From positions 1-32,477 of the IMG/VR virus record IMGVR_UViG_3300037462_000130: 32,477 nucleotides of DNA. One strand, 5' to 3'. A program made the position numbers and the translations under genes. Shown piece by piece: positions 1-7,817 of the stretch. This stretch comes from a virus (lineage: Duplodnaviria > Caudoviricetes). Numbering within the stretch: position 1 is the stretch's first letter; every line of letters begins with the position of its first letter. The notes below the pieces were generated by a model. The model was given only the letters and a program-made list of their open reading frames with translations, did not search any database and was not told where the DNA came from.

Positions 1-228
1 GTCTTTGATTTGACGTCCCATCAGTAACAGCTTGAGTGACATTTTGCTCTCCGTGACGACAATTGACACATACTGTCGTGATAGGTTTAGTTGACGAGCA
101 ATATCGCTTTGTTTGACCCCTTCATGGTACATCATAAGTATCACTTCCTTGTTTTTGTTAATCCAGGGCTTCTCTGTTGTGTTGGTGATCTTCAACGCAA
201 GATCACCAAAGATGTCATTCCGAGGCAC
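1..228 (-). CDS. Helix-turn-helix DNA-binding protein, sigma70 region 4-like (runs off the left edge; absent from ORF track)
   Basis: My translation from GTG at 228 (AAAGGA 12 nt upstream) is MPRNDIFGDLALKITNTTEKPWINKNKEVILMMYHEGVKQSDIARQLNLSRQYVSIVVTESKMSLKLLLMGRQIKD. KEVILMMYHEG.KQSDIARQLNLSRQYVS fits the sigma region 4 HTH pattern. Start uncertain. Confidence 0.65.
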   Translation of the reverse strand, partial: MPRNDIFGDLALKITNTTEKPWINKNKEVILMMYHEGVKQSDIARQLNLSRQYVSIVVTESKMSLKLLLMGRQIKD

Positions 229-277
229 ACGTTTAGTGAGTCCTTTAATGTACCTTATCTTACACCAGAGTGGATAG

Positions 278-307
278 GCGATCGAGTTGTGTGGACAACT
301 CGATCGC
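278..307. terminator. Stem-loop, probable terminator after the left paralog array
   Basis: Perfect 13-bp stem GCGATCGAGTTGT-gtgg-ACAACTCGATCGC just downstream of the stop at 320. No clear U-tract on the - strand. Confidence 0.5.
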
Positions 308-319
308 AATTTGCCTGAT

Positions 320-904
320 TTAGTCAGACATTCCTGGTAGATCTCGTCGTCTGAGTACCGCCGCATGACGCCAGTGTCCTTCCTCTTCCATCTTATCCGC
401 GAGGATAAGTTTACTTAAGTTATCTTTATACCAATAAGGTTCATTGATTAGATCAAAGTATATATGGTATAAAGTTGATTCAATCACCAGTATACCTTGA
501 ATTACTTTGTAAGACCATACAGAGTATGGTGATCCGATTTCAAGAATATGATTTCGGAAATTCCACTGCACTTCCCGACTGCCAGACTCACATTTTTGCT
601 CACCCGTCCATAAACACTGACCTGACCCGTCAACTTCATTTTCGTAATCAATCAGGTGAATGTTCTTGTAAACCGACATTTCTTGTTTTGGTTGTAACCA
701 TAAAGGTAATGGGTCGGGTGGTGACCGAGGCTCACCAAGATCAATCCCACTGTAGATTGCGGTTCCAGACCAATCGTACAACTGACCTTGAATCTCAACA
801 CCACCGCTGTAGTATTTCGGTTCAAAGCCTTCTTCACCTCGCTTCTTAGCTAAAGCTAAACGTGAGTGCCAGTTTTTGTACCAGAAATTCTCATCATCAA
901 GCAT
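320..904 (-). CDS. Left-array paralog with C-terminal TIGR02996-like helix (N-terminally truncated)
   Basis: Contains FWYKNWHSRLALAKK, GQCLWTGE and YFDLINEPYWYKDNLSKLILADKMEEEG, all shared with neighbours. ATG at 904; the ORF track uses TTG at 916. Confidence 0.8.
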   Translation of the reverse strand: MLDDENFWYKNWHSRLALAKKRGEEGFEPKYYSGGVEIQGQLYDWSGTAIYSGIDLGEPRSPPDPLPLWLQPKQEMSVYKNIHLIDYENEVDGSGQCLWTGEQKCESGSREVQWNFRNHILEIGSPYSVWSYKVIQGILVIESTLYHIYFDLINEPYWYKDNLSKLILADKMEEEGHWRHAAVLRRRDLPGMSD

Positions 905-1596
905 TTGAGTTTCCAATTAGTTGTGGTTTGTGACAACAATTGTTTGTGTTCAAACATGTAGCATGGGGTATTGAGATCCCAGTAGCGTAGATACCTACCA
1001 GTATTTTCGACTACCAAGCCGTCACTGACTACTAGCTTAACAGCACGCTCACCAATCTCTTGTTTGAATCCAGTCCAGACACATTTACCTGGACTTACAG
1101 TCTCGTTGCTGTAGAGGGAGCCTGAAAAGTCCTCTTCATGGATCAGATTCTTAGGGACCAACCAGAAGAGGTTTGGGTCACTATAACTGAACTCAAACTT
1201 CGGGGTGATACCGTTCACCGGTACATTTGACGGTATAAACTTTTCTTCAGACACACGGCCGTCAAATGTATACTTCCGCCAACCAACCTTGATATTGCAG
1301 GTACCCAGTTGGGGGTGTGTGAACAAGATCAGATCTTTGAGTAGTGGGTTGTTAGTTTCTAACTTAAATCGATTCCACCAACCGAAATACCAAAACCGCG
1401 GGTTTACCAAGTCGTAGTATTGAAGTTCACCTTCAGTGTACCTGACAAGGATGCCTTCTTTAACGAGTCTATCATTATTGCTGCGTATGACAATATCGTT
1501 AGTAGGTTGATGCGTCCACATATCGTAGTTGGTTTGACCGATCTTGTAGACTTCAGACGCCATTGAGTAGCTATCAACTGGGAATGACAGAATCAT
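856..1596 (-). CDS. Left-array paralog, divergent, lacking the LADKMEEEG tail
   Basis: 246 aa. YDMWTH, YYDLVNPRFWY and GKCVWTG motifs match the paralogs. Confidence 0.8.
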   Translation of the reverse strand: MILSFPVDSYSMASEVYKIGQTNYDMWTHQPTNDIVIRSNNDRLVKEGILVRYTEGELQYYDLVNPRFWYFGWWNRFKLETNNPLLKDLILFTHPQLGTCNIKVGWRKYTFDGRVSEEKFIPSNVPVNGITPKFEFSYSDPNLFWLVPKNLIHEEDFSGSLYSNETVSPGKCVWTGFKQEIGERAVKLVVSDGLVVENTGRYLRYWDLNTPCYMFEHKQLLSQTTTNWKLKCLMMRISGTKTGTHV

Positions 1597-2362
1597 TTGA
1601 GAATTTCCTTAGAATAGTGGCGAGTTTCCAGTTTCCTTCTTCTTCCATCTTGTCAGCTAAAACTAACCTACTCAACTCATCTTTGTACCAGTAGGGTTCG
1701 TTAATTGTATCATAGAATAGTAGACAATCTGTTGTTGAGAAAATCCTCATACAAGATGTATCGAGATAGTTGTACACACCGTAGTACCTACCATCAAGGT
1801 ACATATTTTGGTTAATTAAGTCTTTTGGTTCACACTTCTTCGGTTCCCCTGTCCAAATACACTTACCTGAAACTGATTCGTTATGTGTGTCTAGTGGGCG
1901 TCCATTAGTTTCAACAGTAATTAAATGCATTGGTTTCAACCAAGGAAGATCGGGTGGCGGCATTCGTGGGTAGAAACTTTTTGAGCTTCCGACACGTTGA
2001 CCTTCAGCGTTGTAGGTATCGTTACCGATTCGGATAACTAGATCGTCACCTTTCAATCCGAGTATTGGTGTGAAATTGTTTAGTAACGCCTTCAACCTTG
2101 GGTCGCTTGTCTTTTTAGCTAAAGCTAACCGGCTGTGCCAATTCCTATACCAGAACCCTTCATTGATGAGATCATAGTAGTCAATACCCTTGCCGTTCTT
2201 TACAACACGAATCCCATCAATTGTGGAATCACGGGTAAGTGCTCCAGGTGTCTTATCTGAAGTCTTGTGTGTCCAGAGGTCTAAAACGCTTAGACCAATC
2301 TCAAGGGTTTCAGACTCTGCTGATATGCTGCAGTTTCGCTCAAGTCGATAGATTAAGAACAT
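1574..2362 (-). CDS. Left-array paralog with C-terminal TIGR02996-like helix
   Basis: 262 aa. YYDLINEGFWYRNWHSRLALAKK, GKCIWTGE, YDTINEPYWYKDELSRLVLADKMEEEG. Confidence 0.85.
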   Translation of the reverse strand: MFLIYRLERNCSISAESETLEIGLSVLDLWTHKTSDKTPGALTRDSTIDGIRVVKNGKGIDYYDLINEGFWYRNWHSRLALAKKTSDPRLKALLNNFTPILGLKGDDLVIRIGNDTYNAEGQRVGSSKSFYPRMPPPDLPWLKPMHLITVETNGRPLDTHNESVSGKCIWTGEPKKCEPKDLINQNMYLDGRYYGVYNYLDTSCMRIFSTTDCLLFYDTINEPYWYKDELSRLVLADKMEEEGNWKLATILRKFSNDSVIPS

Positions 2363-2988
2363 GATTCCCTCAGTGAATTAGCGAGTTCCTGTTTACCTTC
2401 TTCTTCCATTTTATCCGCGAGGATAAGTTTACTAAAGTTATCTTTATACCAGTAGGGTTCGTTGACAGTGTCATAGCAAACTTGAAGACCATCGGCACAG
2501 TTAACTGTCATCAGACCGTCTTTAACCTTCACTTGGATCTGTTGGACACATCCATTGATGAACTCAAGGTGCCCATCCTTGACCAAGGCATTGCTTGGCC
2601 GCGTTGTTATATATTGTTTTGGTTTAAGCCAAATCATTTGGTCGAGGTCAACGGTCCGAGCGTCAACCAACTCATTTGTATATGGTTCACCATATACAGA
2701 GTAGAAACTATTTGCAATCTTAATGATTAGGAAGCCATCGTCGTTAATAACTTCAGGTGTAAATCGACTCAGTACAGATTTGAGATATTTATTATTGGTC
2801 TTCTTAGCTAAAGCTAAGCGGGTTTGCCAATTCTTATACCAGAAGCTTTCGTTGACGGTATCATAGAAGTAGACTTGGCTGTTCCTATATTCTACGCGAA
2901 GCCCATCAAACTGTTGAGGTGCTTCATAGACAGTTCCAGCAAGATGGAACCTTCCCGTGCTGTGGTATTGTAGGATTAAATTTGACAT
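2353..2988 (-). CDS. Left-array paralog with C-terminal TIGR02996-like helix
   Basis: 211 aa. YDTVNESFWYKNWQTRLALAKK and YDTVNEPYWYKDNFSKLILADKMEEEG. Confidence 0.85.
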   Translation of the reverse strand: MSNLILQYHSTGRFHLAGTVYEAPQQFDGLRVEYRNSQVYFYDTVNESFWYKNWQTRLALAKKTNNKYLKSVLSRFTPEVINDDGFLIIKIANSFYSVYGEPYTNELVDARTVDLDQMIWLKPKQYITTRPSNALVKDGHLEFINGCVQQIQVKVKDGLMTVNCADGLQVCYDTVNEPYWYKDNFSKLILADKMEEEGKQELANSLRESCS

Positions 2989-3091
2989 GACTTCCTCAAT
3001 AGATTAGTGATTCCCTGTTTACCTTCTTCTTCCATTTTATCTGCGAGGACAAGTTTACTAAAGTTATCCTTGTACCAATAGGGGTCATTGA
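2388..3091. repeat. Dispersed direct repeat encoding the C-terminal constant block (copies 2388-2465 and 3014-3091; related copies at about 378-447 and 1634-1703)
   Basis: Manual alignment gives 71/78 nt identical between 2388-2465 and 3014-3091, while flanking sequence is unalignable. Confidence 0.85.
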
Positions 3092-3881
3092 TCAGATCGA
3101 AGTAGAGATTGCACGTTTTATCTTTAACTGTCAGTAGACCATTGTCTTCTTCAGTGTCACAGACAAGCACTTGCTTGTCACAGTACGTGGAAACAACTAC
3201 TGGATCTTCATTGTGAGCTGGTTCACAATAGATGAACTGCATGGGACGTAACCACGGTAAAGACGGGACAGCTACATTTACTTCTTCATCCCACTCGCCA
3301 CCAACATATTGCCCGTAGAAATTGTAGACGTCGTTTGCCAGCTTGATATAATTCCACCCGTGCACTTTGACCAATCGTGGTGCAGAGTCCAATAGTAGAT
3401 TTTTGAGGTCTTCGTCTTGAGTCTTATTAGCTAAAGCTAAGCGGCTGTGCCAACTCTTATACCAGAAAGACTCATTGACCGTGTCGTATAACTTAAGTTT
3501 GTTTCCGTACCGTCGAACTTCGATATCAGGCGATTCTAAGAATAAGTAGTCACCTTCAATTGTTGCGATTAAGTTTTCACTGTTCAATGAATAGAAGTCT
3601 GGGAAAGATAACAGGTGTGCGATAGTTTCAGTTTTTGTTGACTTTCGGTTATATGCCTCAACTAGTGGGATGTCAGCATTGTAAAGTAGTAGATTCTTAT
3701 CACGGTAAATGAATACATCGTTATCACGGTTGGCTGGATAGTTAGCGGTAGTGGGATCACATGACCTATCAGTTTTAGTTAAAGTAAAGAGATCATAGAC
3801 TTCACCATCACATGAGATTGTTTCATTGGTCCAATCAACATAATCTGTTGATTGAAGTTTCAGTGTTAGGATTCGTACCAT
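2976..3881 (-). CDS. Left-array paralog with C-terminal TIGR02996-like helix
   Basis: 301 aa with GAGG RBS. VYDLFTLTKTD, YDTVNESFWYKSWHSRLALANK, YFDLINDPYWYKDNFSKLVLADKMEEEG. Confidence 0.85.
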   Translation of the reverse strand: MVRILTLKLQSTDYVDWTNETISCDGEVYDLFTLTKTDRSCDPTTANYPANRDNDVFIYRDKNLLLYNADIPLVEAYNRKSTKTETIAHLLSFPDFYSLNSENLIATIEGDYLFLESPDIEVRRYGNKLKLYDTVNESFWYKSWHSRLALANKTQDEDLKNLLLDSAPRLVKVHGWNYIKLANDVYNFYGQYVGGEWDEEVNVAVPSLPWLRPMQFIYCEPAHNEDPVVVSTYCDKQVLVCDTEEDNGLLTVKDKTCNLYFDLINDPYWYKDNFSKLVLADKMEEEGKQGITNLLRKSCQI

Positions 3882-3899
3882 GACGGCCTCAATAAGTTA

Positions 3900-3932
3900 A
3901 AATCGAACGGACAGTGTTTGTCCGTTCGATTT
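3900..3932. terminator. Intrinsic terminator-like hairpin
   Basis: AAATCGAACGGACA-gtgtt-TGTCCGTTCGATTT, a 14-bp perfect stem, intergenic, with a T-rich run on the - strand. Confidence 0.7.
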
Positions 3933-3957
3933 GGTTAACACTAGTTGGGATATTGCA

Positions 3958-4284
3958 TTACAGTGTATGTTCGCCATTAAAATTCAGCAGAATGTAATTC
4001 ACTTTCGGGTATTGGGATGGGACACACTTACGTTGGAATTCATCCAAAGGAGCGTCGCCGCCAGTAGAGTACACTAACTCTGTTGGGTACACTTCCACCA
4101 CGATCCCATCATTGTACACTTTTGGATAAAGTTCCTCAAAAGTTTCAGGTGCGATCTTGTTACATGCCTTGTCAGTTTTAGTTAAAGTCCACAGATCATA
4201 CACCGTACCATTGACATTCACCGTTTCATTTACAACGTCGATAAAATTGTGCGGGTGCATGGTAACCGTCAGAATCGTTTGCAT
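3958..4284 (-). CDS. Stand-alone copy of the array N-terminal module
   Basis: MQTILTVTMHPHNFIDVVNETVNVNGTVYDLWTLTKTDKAC aligns with the N-terminus of 2976..3881 (MVRILTLKLQSTDYVDWTNETISCDGEVYDLFTLTKTDRSC). Confidence 0.8.
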   Translation of the reverse strand: MQTILTVTMHPHNFIDVVNETVNVNGTVYDLWTLTKTDKACNKIAPETFEELYPKVYNDGIVVEVYPTELVYSTGGDAPLDEFQRKCVPSQYPKVNYILLNFNGEHTL

Positions 4285-4350
4285 GTTTTCAACTTTAGTT
4301 AAAAGTCATTGATTTTAGCAAAGTTAAAACGTGAACTGTGCCTACAATTC

Positions 4351-4387
4351 ATCTTATCAAGAAATTCCGCGTTTGTCAAGCGGAATT
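4351..4387 (-). promoter_or_regulatory. Sigma70-type promoter for the left array, with an inverted repeat flanking the -35
   Basis: On the - strand: TTGACA (4379-4374), 17-nt spacer, TAAGAT (4356-4351) with a TGn extended -10. AATTCCGC (4363-4370) and GCGGAATT (4380-4387) flank the -35. Confidence 0.8.
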
Positions 4388-4405
4388 CTAGATCGATTTA
4401 CTTTA

Positions 4406-4606
4406 CTAAATCGATTCAATTTTAACTAAGTTAATGGTTGCCAATTGAGCAACCAATTTCCAGTCTGGTTTAACTTTAGTTAATTCCTCTTGAATTCGCA
4501 ACTTGAAGTAATCTTGGTTGTCAAGATCCTTAGTCACTTTGTACAAGACATCACCAGCCTTCAACTTAAGTTTAGAGAGTCCGGCTTGGTATTCTTTAAG
4601 CGTCAT
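4406..4606 (-). CDS. Hypothetical protein
   Basis: 66-aa ORF overlapping the upstream gene in the same operon. Confidence 0.65.
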   Translation of the reverse strand: MTLKEYQAGLSKLKLKAGDVLYKVTKDLDNQDYFKLRIQEELTKVKPDWKLVAQLATINLVKIESI

Positions 4607-4814
4607 GTGCAGCAGCCTTACTCAAGAGTGATGCGGTTTTAACTAATTCGATGAGGTACTTCTTTTCAGCGTCACGCTTACGCTCCCACACACTGTGTTG
4701 GTAGCGAGCGTAATAGTCCATAGCGTCCTGCCAGATCGTCAGTAAAAGGAAGTCTGAGCCTTCTGGTTCCTTAGTTTTAGTTAGAAGGCACAGTTTAGAG
4801 ATTTCACTTATCAC
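4596..4814 (-). CDS. Hypothetical protein
   Basis: 72-aa helical ORF overlapping the end of the polymerase gene. Confidence 0.6.
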   Translation of the reverse strand: MISEISKLCLLTKTKEPEGSDFLLLTIWQDAMDYYARYQHSVWERKRDAEKKYLIELVKTASLLSKAAAHDA

Positions 4815-7044
4815 CCCAAGTCCCCAGTTTCTTCCAAGGTAGCGATATTAGCGGAATACGCTTGCGGTAACTTGCCACCACTTCTTCAACCACCTCTTTA
4901 ACTTTGGTGGTGACACTTGGATGTGTTGGACACATGATTTCGTCATGTATATTCAAGGGTTGTACCAACCAATTAGTATAACCGTGAGGTTGAATGTCCC
5001 ATATCTTACGTTGAACGTGTTTAGTGATTTGTGCTCCTGTTGATTGAATTTCATGGTTTTGAGCTGCACGCATCATTGAGGATTGGATCGAGAACGCCGC
5101 CCCATACAAGGCTGATTGTGTTGCTCCGAGTCCCGTCTGCAGTCTATCCCTTCGTTGAACCCTAACTTTAGCTGATTTCCATTCCTTGGGTGGAGATTGA
5201 GCCAGATCAAACAAGACCTTCATAACTTGGACTTCCAAGTCGAAATATCGCCTGAAACCAAGTAATGATGGTTGTGAGGTTTCTGGATCAGTCCAAGTGA
5301 TCCGTGTACCTAATCCCCGATCTTGTTTGAGTGCAGTGAATCGGTCAGTCACCCGTTTACGAGCTAAAGCTACTTGAGGGTAGCGTTGGAAGAATCGATT
5401 TGCTGCATTGATGGCGTCTTCAATTGGCACACCAAGTTTTGACTTAAGTGTTCGCTCGTCACCGCCGTACATCAAAGCGAAAACACCACGCTTACCAAGA
5501 TCATACATATCTAAGGGTTGACCCTTAGAGTCAGTAATATCTTTATAGCTTTTGTTAGGGAAGAGGGCTTGACCAAACAAAGCGTGAATCTTCTTCCCGG
5601 ACAGCAAGTCAAGACGAAGTTGCTTGTCATTGTAGACAGCATCAGCCAAAGCTACTTCGAATGATTCAAAGTCACCACCCCATAACTCAAGTTCACCGAA
5701 TGCCAATGGAAAACAAGATCGAACAAATGAGTCGTGTTTGATACCTTGAACATTGAGTTTGTCAGTACCAGACATACGGGATGATTTTGTCCCAATCACT
5801 TTGAGTGATGCGTGTAACCGCCTAGCAATAATCAGTTTATCATAGAGTTCAATTTCCTTTCGTGCTGACCGAGCATCGAGAACAGCCGCGGCCTTCTCTG
5901 CTACGGGATGTGATACAACGCCCGTTTGGTTACAGATATCACACGGACCAAACATACATGGATTGGTAGCTTTAGTTAGCTCAGTCAAGGCTTCCTTGTC
6001 TGTACTCTTGAGGAAGTGACGTTCAACTTCACTCAAGTCTTGGAATAGCCATTCCCGAACACGGTTAGGGGCAGTTGGAGCCTTTCGTTGTTTAGCTGCC
6101 CTTCTCAATTCCCTAATCTTGTCAATTTCAATTGAGAAGCCCCGCCAACGAACTGCTCCCACCATACAAGCCAACAATGAATCGTCATCATCGAAACTAA
6201 AGTCACCAAAGAACTTGAAGAGATCACGGGTATAGCGGACGTCATTCAAAGCATATTCCCGTGCTGGGTCGTTGTATTCCCAATGACGGATATGGAAATC
6301 GATGACGTTAGGCCAGGAACCGCCCCAAGCTCCAGGCTTACCACACGCGGCAGCGTATGGGGCATAGAGCTTCTCAACAGGATACAGCTTCTTGTCAATC
6401 TCAATTTCACTATAGTTGACCGTCTTCGACCCGAAGACAGCTTTAGTTAGCGACTTGAGGGCCGTTGAAGGTTTAAACTTCAATACCACGTCATCGAAGT
6501 CTTCACCTTCAATGATCGTCCACAGTGGACCCTCTTTCTTCCTATTCATGAATAGGATGTCGTCAAACTGGATAGCACCTTCTAGATGCTCAGCTAACTT
6601 ACCTGAGAGGGCTTTTGGTACGCGACGAATACGGATGTCTTTCCGGTTCATCGTTTTCTGAAACTTGCCTTTCCGACAGCTAAGCATAACGTCATGAGCA
6701 CCCAATGGTTTATAACATAAACCATCACGGGCAAGGTACTCGATTGCTCCCAACAAGTCAATATCATCCTGAGGAATAGCATCTGGACCTTCCCTGTCCA
6801 TGTAAACTTGAAACATAGTACGCATTTTACATAACTGGAACCAGTCAAAGGCTAGATTGAAGCCAACAACATTGGTTTGTGCAATTTTGTCTAGTAGATC
6901 TACTGATTCTTTAACTTTAGTTGTCCAGAAGTTGTGGATAACTGGATCACCGTCATCATACGCATATTGTATGATGACGGCGGGACCAGCCAAACCACAA
7001 GTTTCCGTATCAAGGTACGTAACGCTTGCGGTATCGGATTTCAT
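4804..7044 (-). CDS. polA: Family A DNA polymerase with 3'-5' exonuclease domain
   Basis: Exo I DTET, Exo II GFNLAFD, Exo III YALND; motif A GGDFESFE, motif B GKRGVFALMYG, motif C IHDEI. Start 7044 follows GAGGA; the track gives 7071. Confidence 0.92.
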   Translation of the reverse strand: MKSDTASVTYLDTETCGLAGPAVIIQYAYDDGDPVIHNFWTTKVKESVDLLDKIAQTNVVGFNLAFDWFQLCKMRTMFQVYMDREGPDAIPQDDIDLLGAIEYLARDGLCYKPLGAHDVMLSCRKGKFQKTMNRKDIRIRRVPKALSGKLAEHLEGAIQFDDILFMNRKKEGPLWTIIEGEDFDDVVLKFKPSTALKSLTKAVFGSKTVNYSEIEIDKKLYPVEKLYAPYAAACGKPGAWGGSWPNVIDFHIRHWEYNDPAREYALNDVRYTRDLFKFFGDFSFDDDDSLLACMVGAVRWRGFSIEIDKIRELRRAAKQRKAPTAPNRVREWLFQDLSEVERHFLKSTDKEALTELTKATNPCMFGPCDICNQTGVVSHPVAEKAAAVLDARSARKEIELYDKLIIARRLHASLKVIGTKSSRMSGTDKLNVQGIKHDSFVRSCFPLAFGELELWGGDFESFEVALADAVYNDKQLRLDLLSGKKIHALFGQALFPNKSYKDITDSKGQPLDMYDLGKRGVFALMYGGDERTLKSKLGVPIEDAINAANRFFQRYPQVALARKRVTDRFTALKQDRGLGTRITWTDPETSQPSLLGFRRYFDLEVQVMKVLFDLAQSPPKEWKSAKVRVQRRDRLQTGLGATQSALYGAAFSIQSSMMRAAQNHEIQSTGAQITKHVQRKIWDIQPHGYTNWLVQPLNIHDEIMCPTHPSVTTKVKEVVEEVVASYRKRIPLISLPWKKLGTWGDK

Positions 7045-7816
7045 GTTTGTCACATTCCTCTTCAATTGCATCTTCTAATGTTAGCGAACTCGTCTCACCA
7101 ATCACCCACGAGAGGCATTTGGAAGCGAATGGGTGTTTACCAAAGACTGTGTAGAGATGGACAATCAACTCTTCAACTTCAGTTGGAGAGCGATGTTTGG
7201 CCACACTTGGGCTAGGCGGTTCCAGCTTCTTGGGTTCTGGAACTTCTTCACCCTTCTCTTTAGCCTCTTTACACGCCTTGACAAAGGCATTGAGCTTGTC
7301 AGGATCGTCTACATACTTAGAGGCCTTAACAATCTGGGCCTGAGTGAACTCATTCGCAGCGGCCATCTGCTGAATGTTTTCAGGTAAAGTTAAAAGGCAC
7401 AGCCGGATTCGAACCCAGCCACGAGATTTGGCAAGGTCATCTGCAATCTCATTTTCACCTTTACCCGCCCGAATCAGAGATTGGACACCGCGAGCCTCTT
7501 GCAAGATATTGAGTTCTTGCCGTTGAATGTTCTCCGTCAAGTTGAGAATCGCTGCTTCCGCTTCTGTCATCTCACGAACGAAGCAGGGAACAGACGGTAA
7601 CCTTAGAAAGGTTGCACACATGAAGCGTCGATGCCCGGCCACCAAGTGGTAACGTCCATTTGGTAATGGCCGAACAGTGAGAGGGTCGCGGATACCATGC
7701 TTCTTGATATCTGCTTGAAGATCAGCAATTGTTGAGGGAAGAATCTCACCTCGACAATTAAAGTTAGAATCGGCGTAGATTTGTCCGATATCAATTTGCA
7801 CTACAGTATAGTTCAT
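7010..7816 (-). CDS. parB: ParB/RepB/Spo0J family protein with canonical CTPase motifs and HTH
   Basis: IKKHGIRDPLTVR, LVAGHRRF, LTENIQRQELN, HTH ENEIADDLAKSRGWVR. ATG at 7816 abuts the helicase stop. Confidence 0.9.
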   Translation of the reverse strand: MNYTVVQIDIGQIYADSNFNCRGEILPSTIADLQADIKKHGIRDPLTVRPLPNGRYHLVAGHRRFMCATFLRLPSVPCFVREMTEAEAAILNLTENIQRQELNILQEARGVQSLIRAGKGENEIADDLAKSRGWVRIRLCLLTLPENIQQMAAANEFTQAQIVKASKYVDDPDKLNAFVKACKEAKEKGEEVPEPKKLEPPSPSVAKHRSPTEVEELIVHLYTVFGKHPFASKCLSWVIGETSSLTLEDAIEEECDKHEIRYRKRYVP

Positions 7817-7817
7817 A

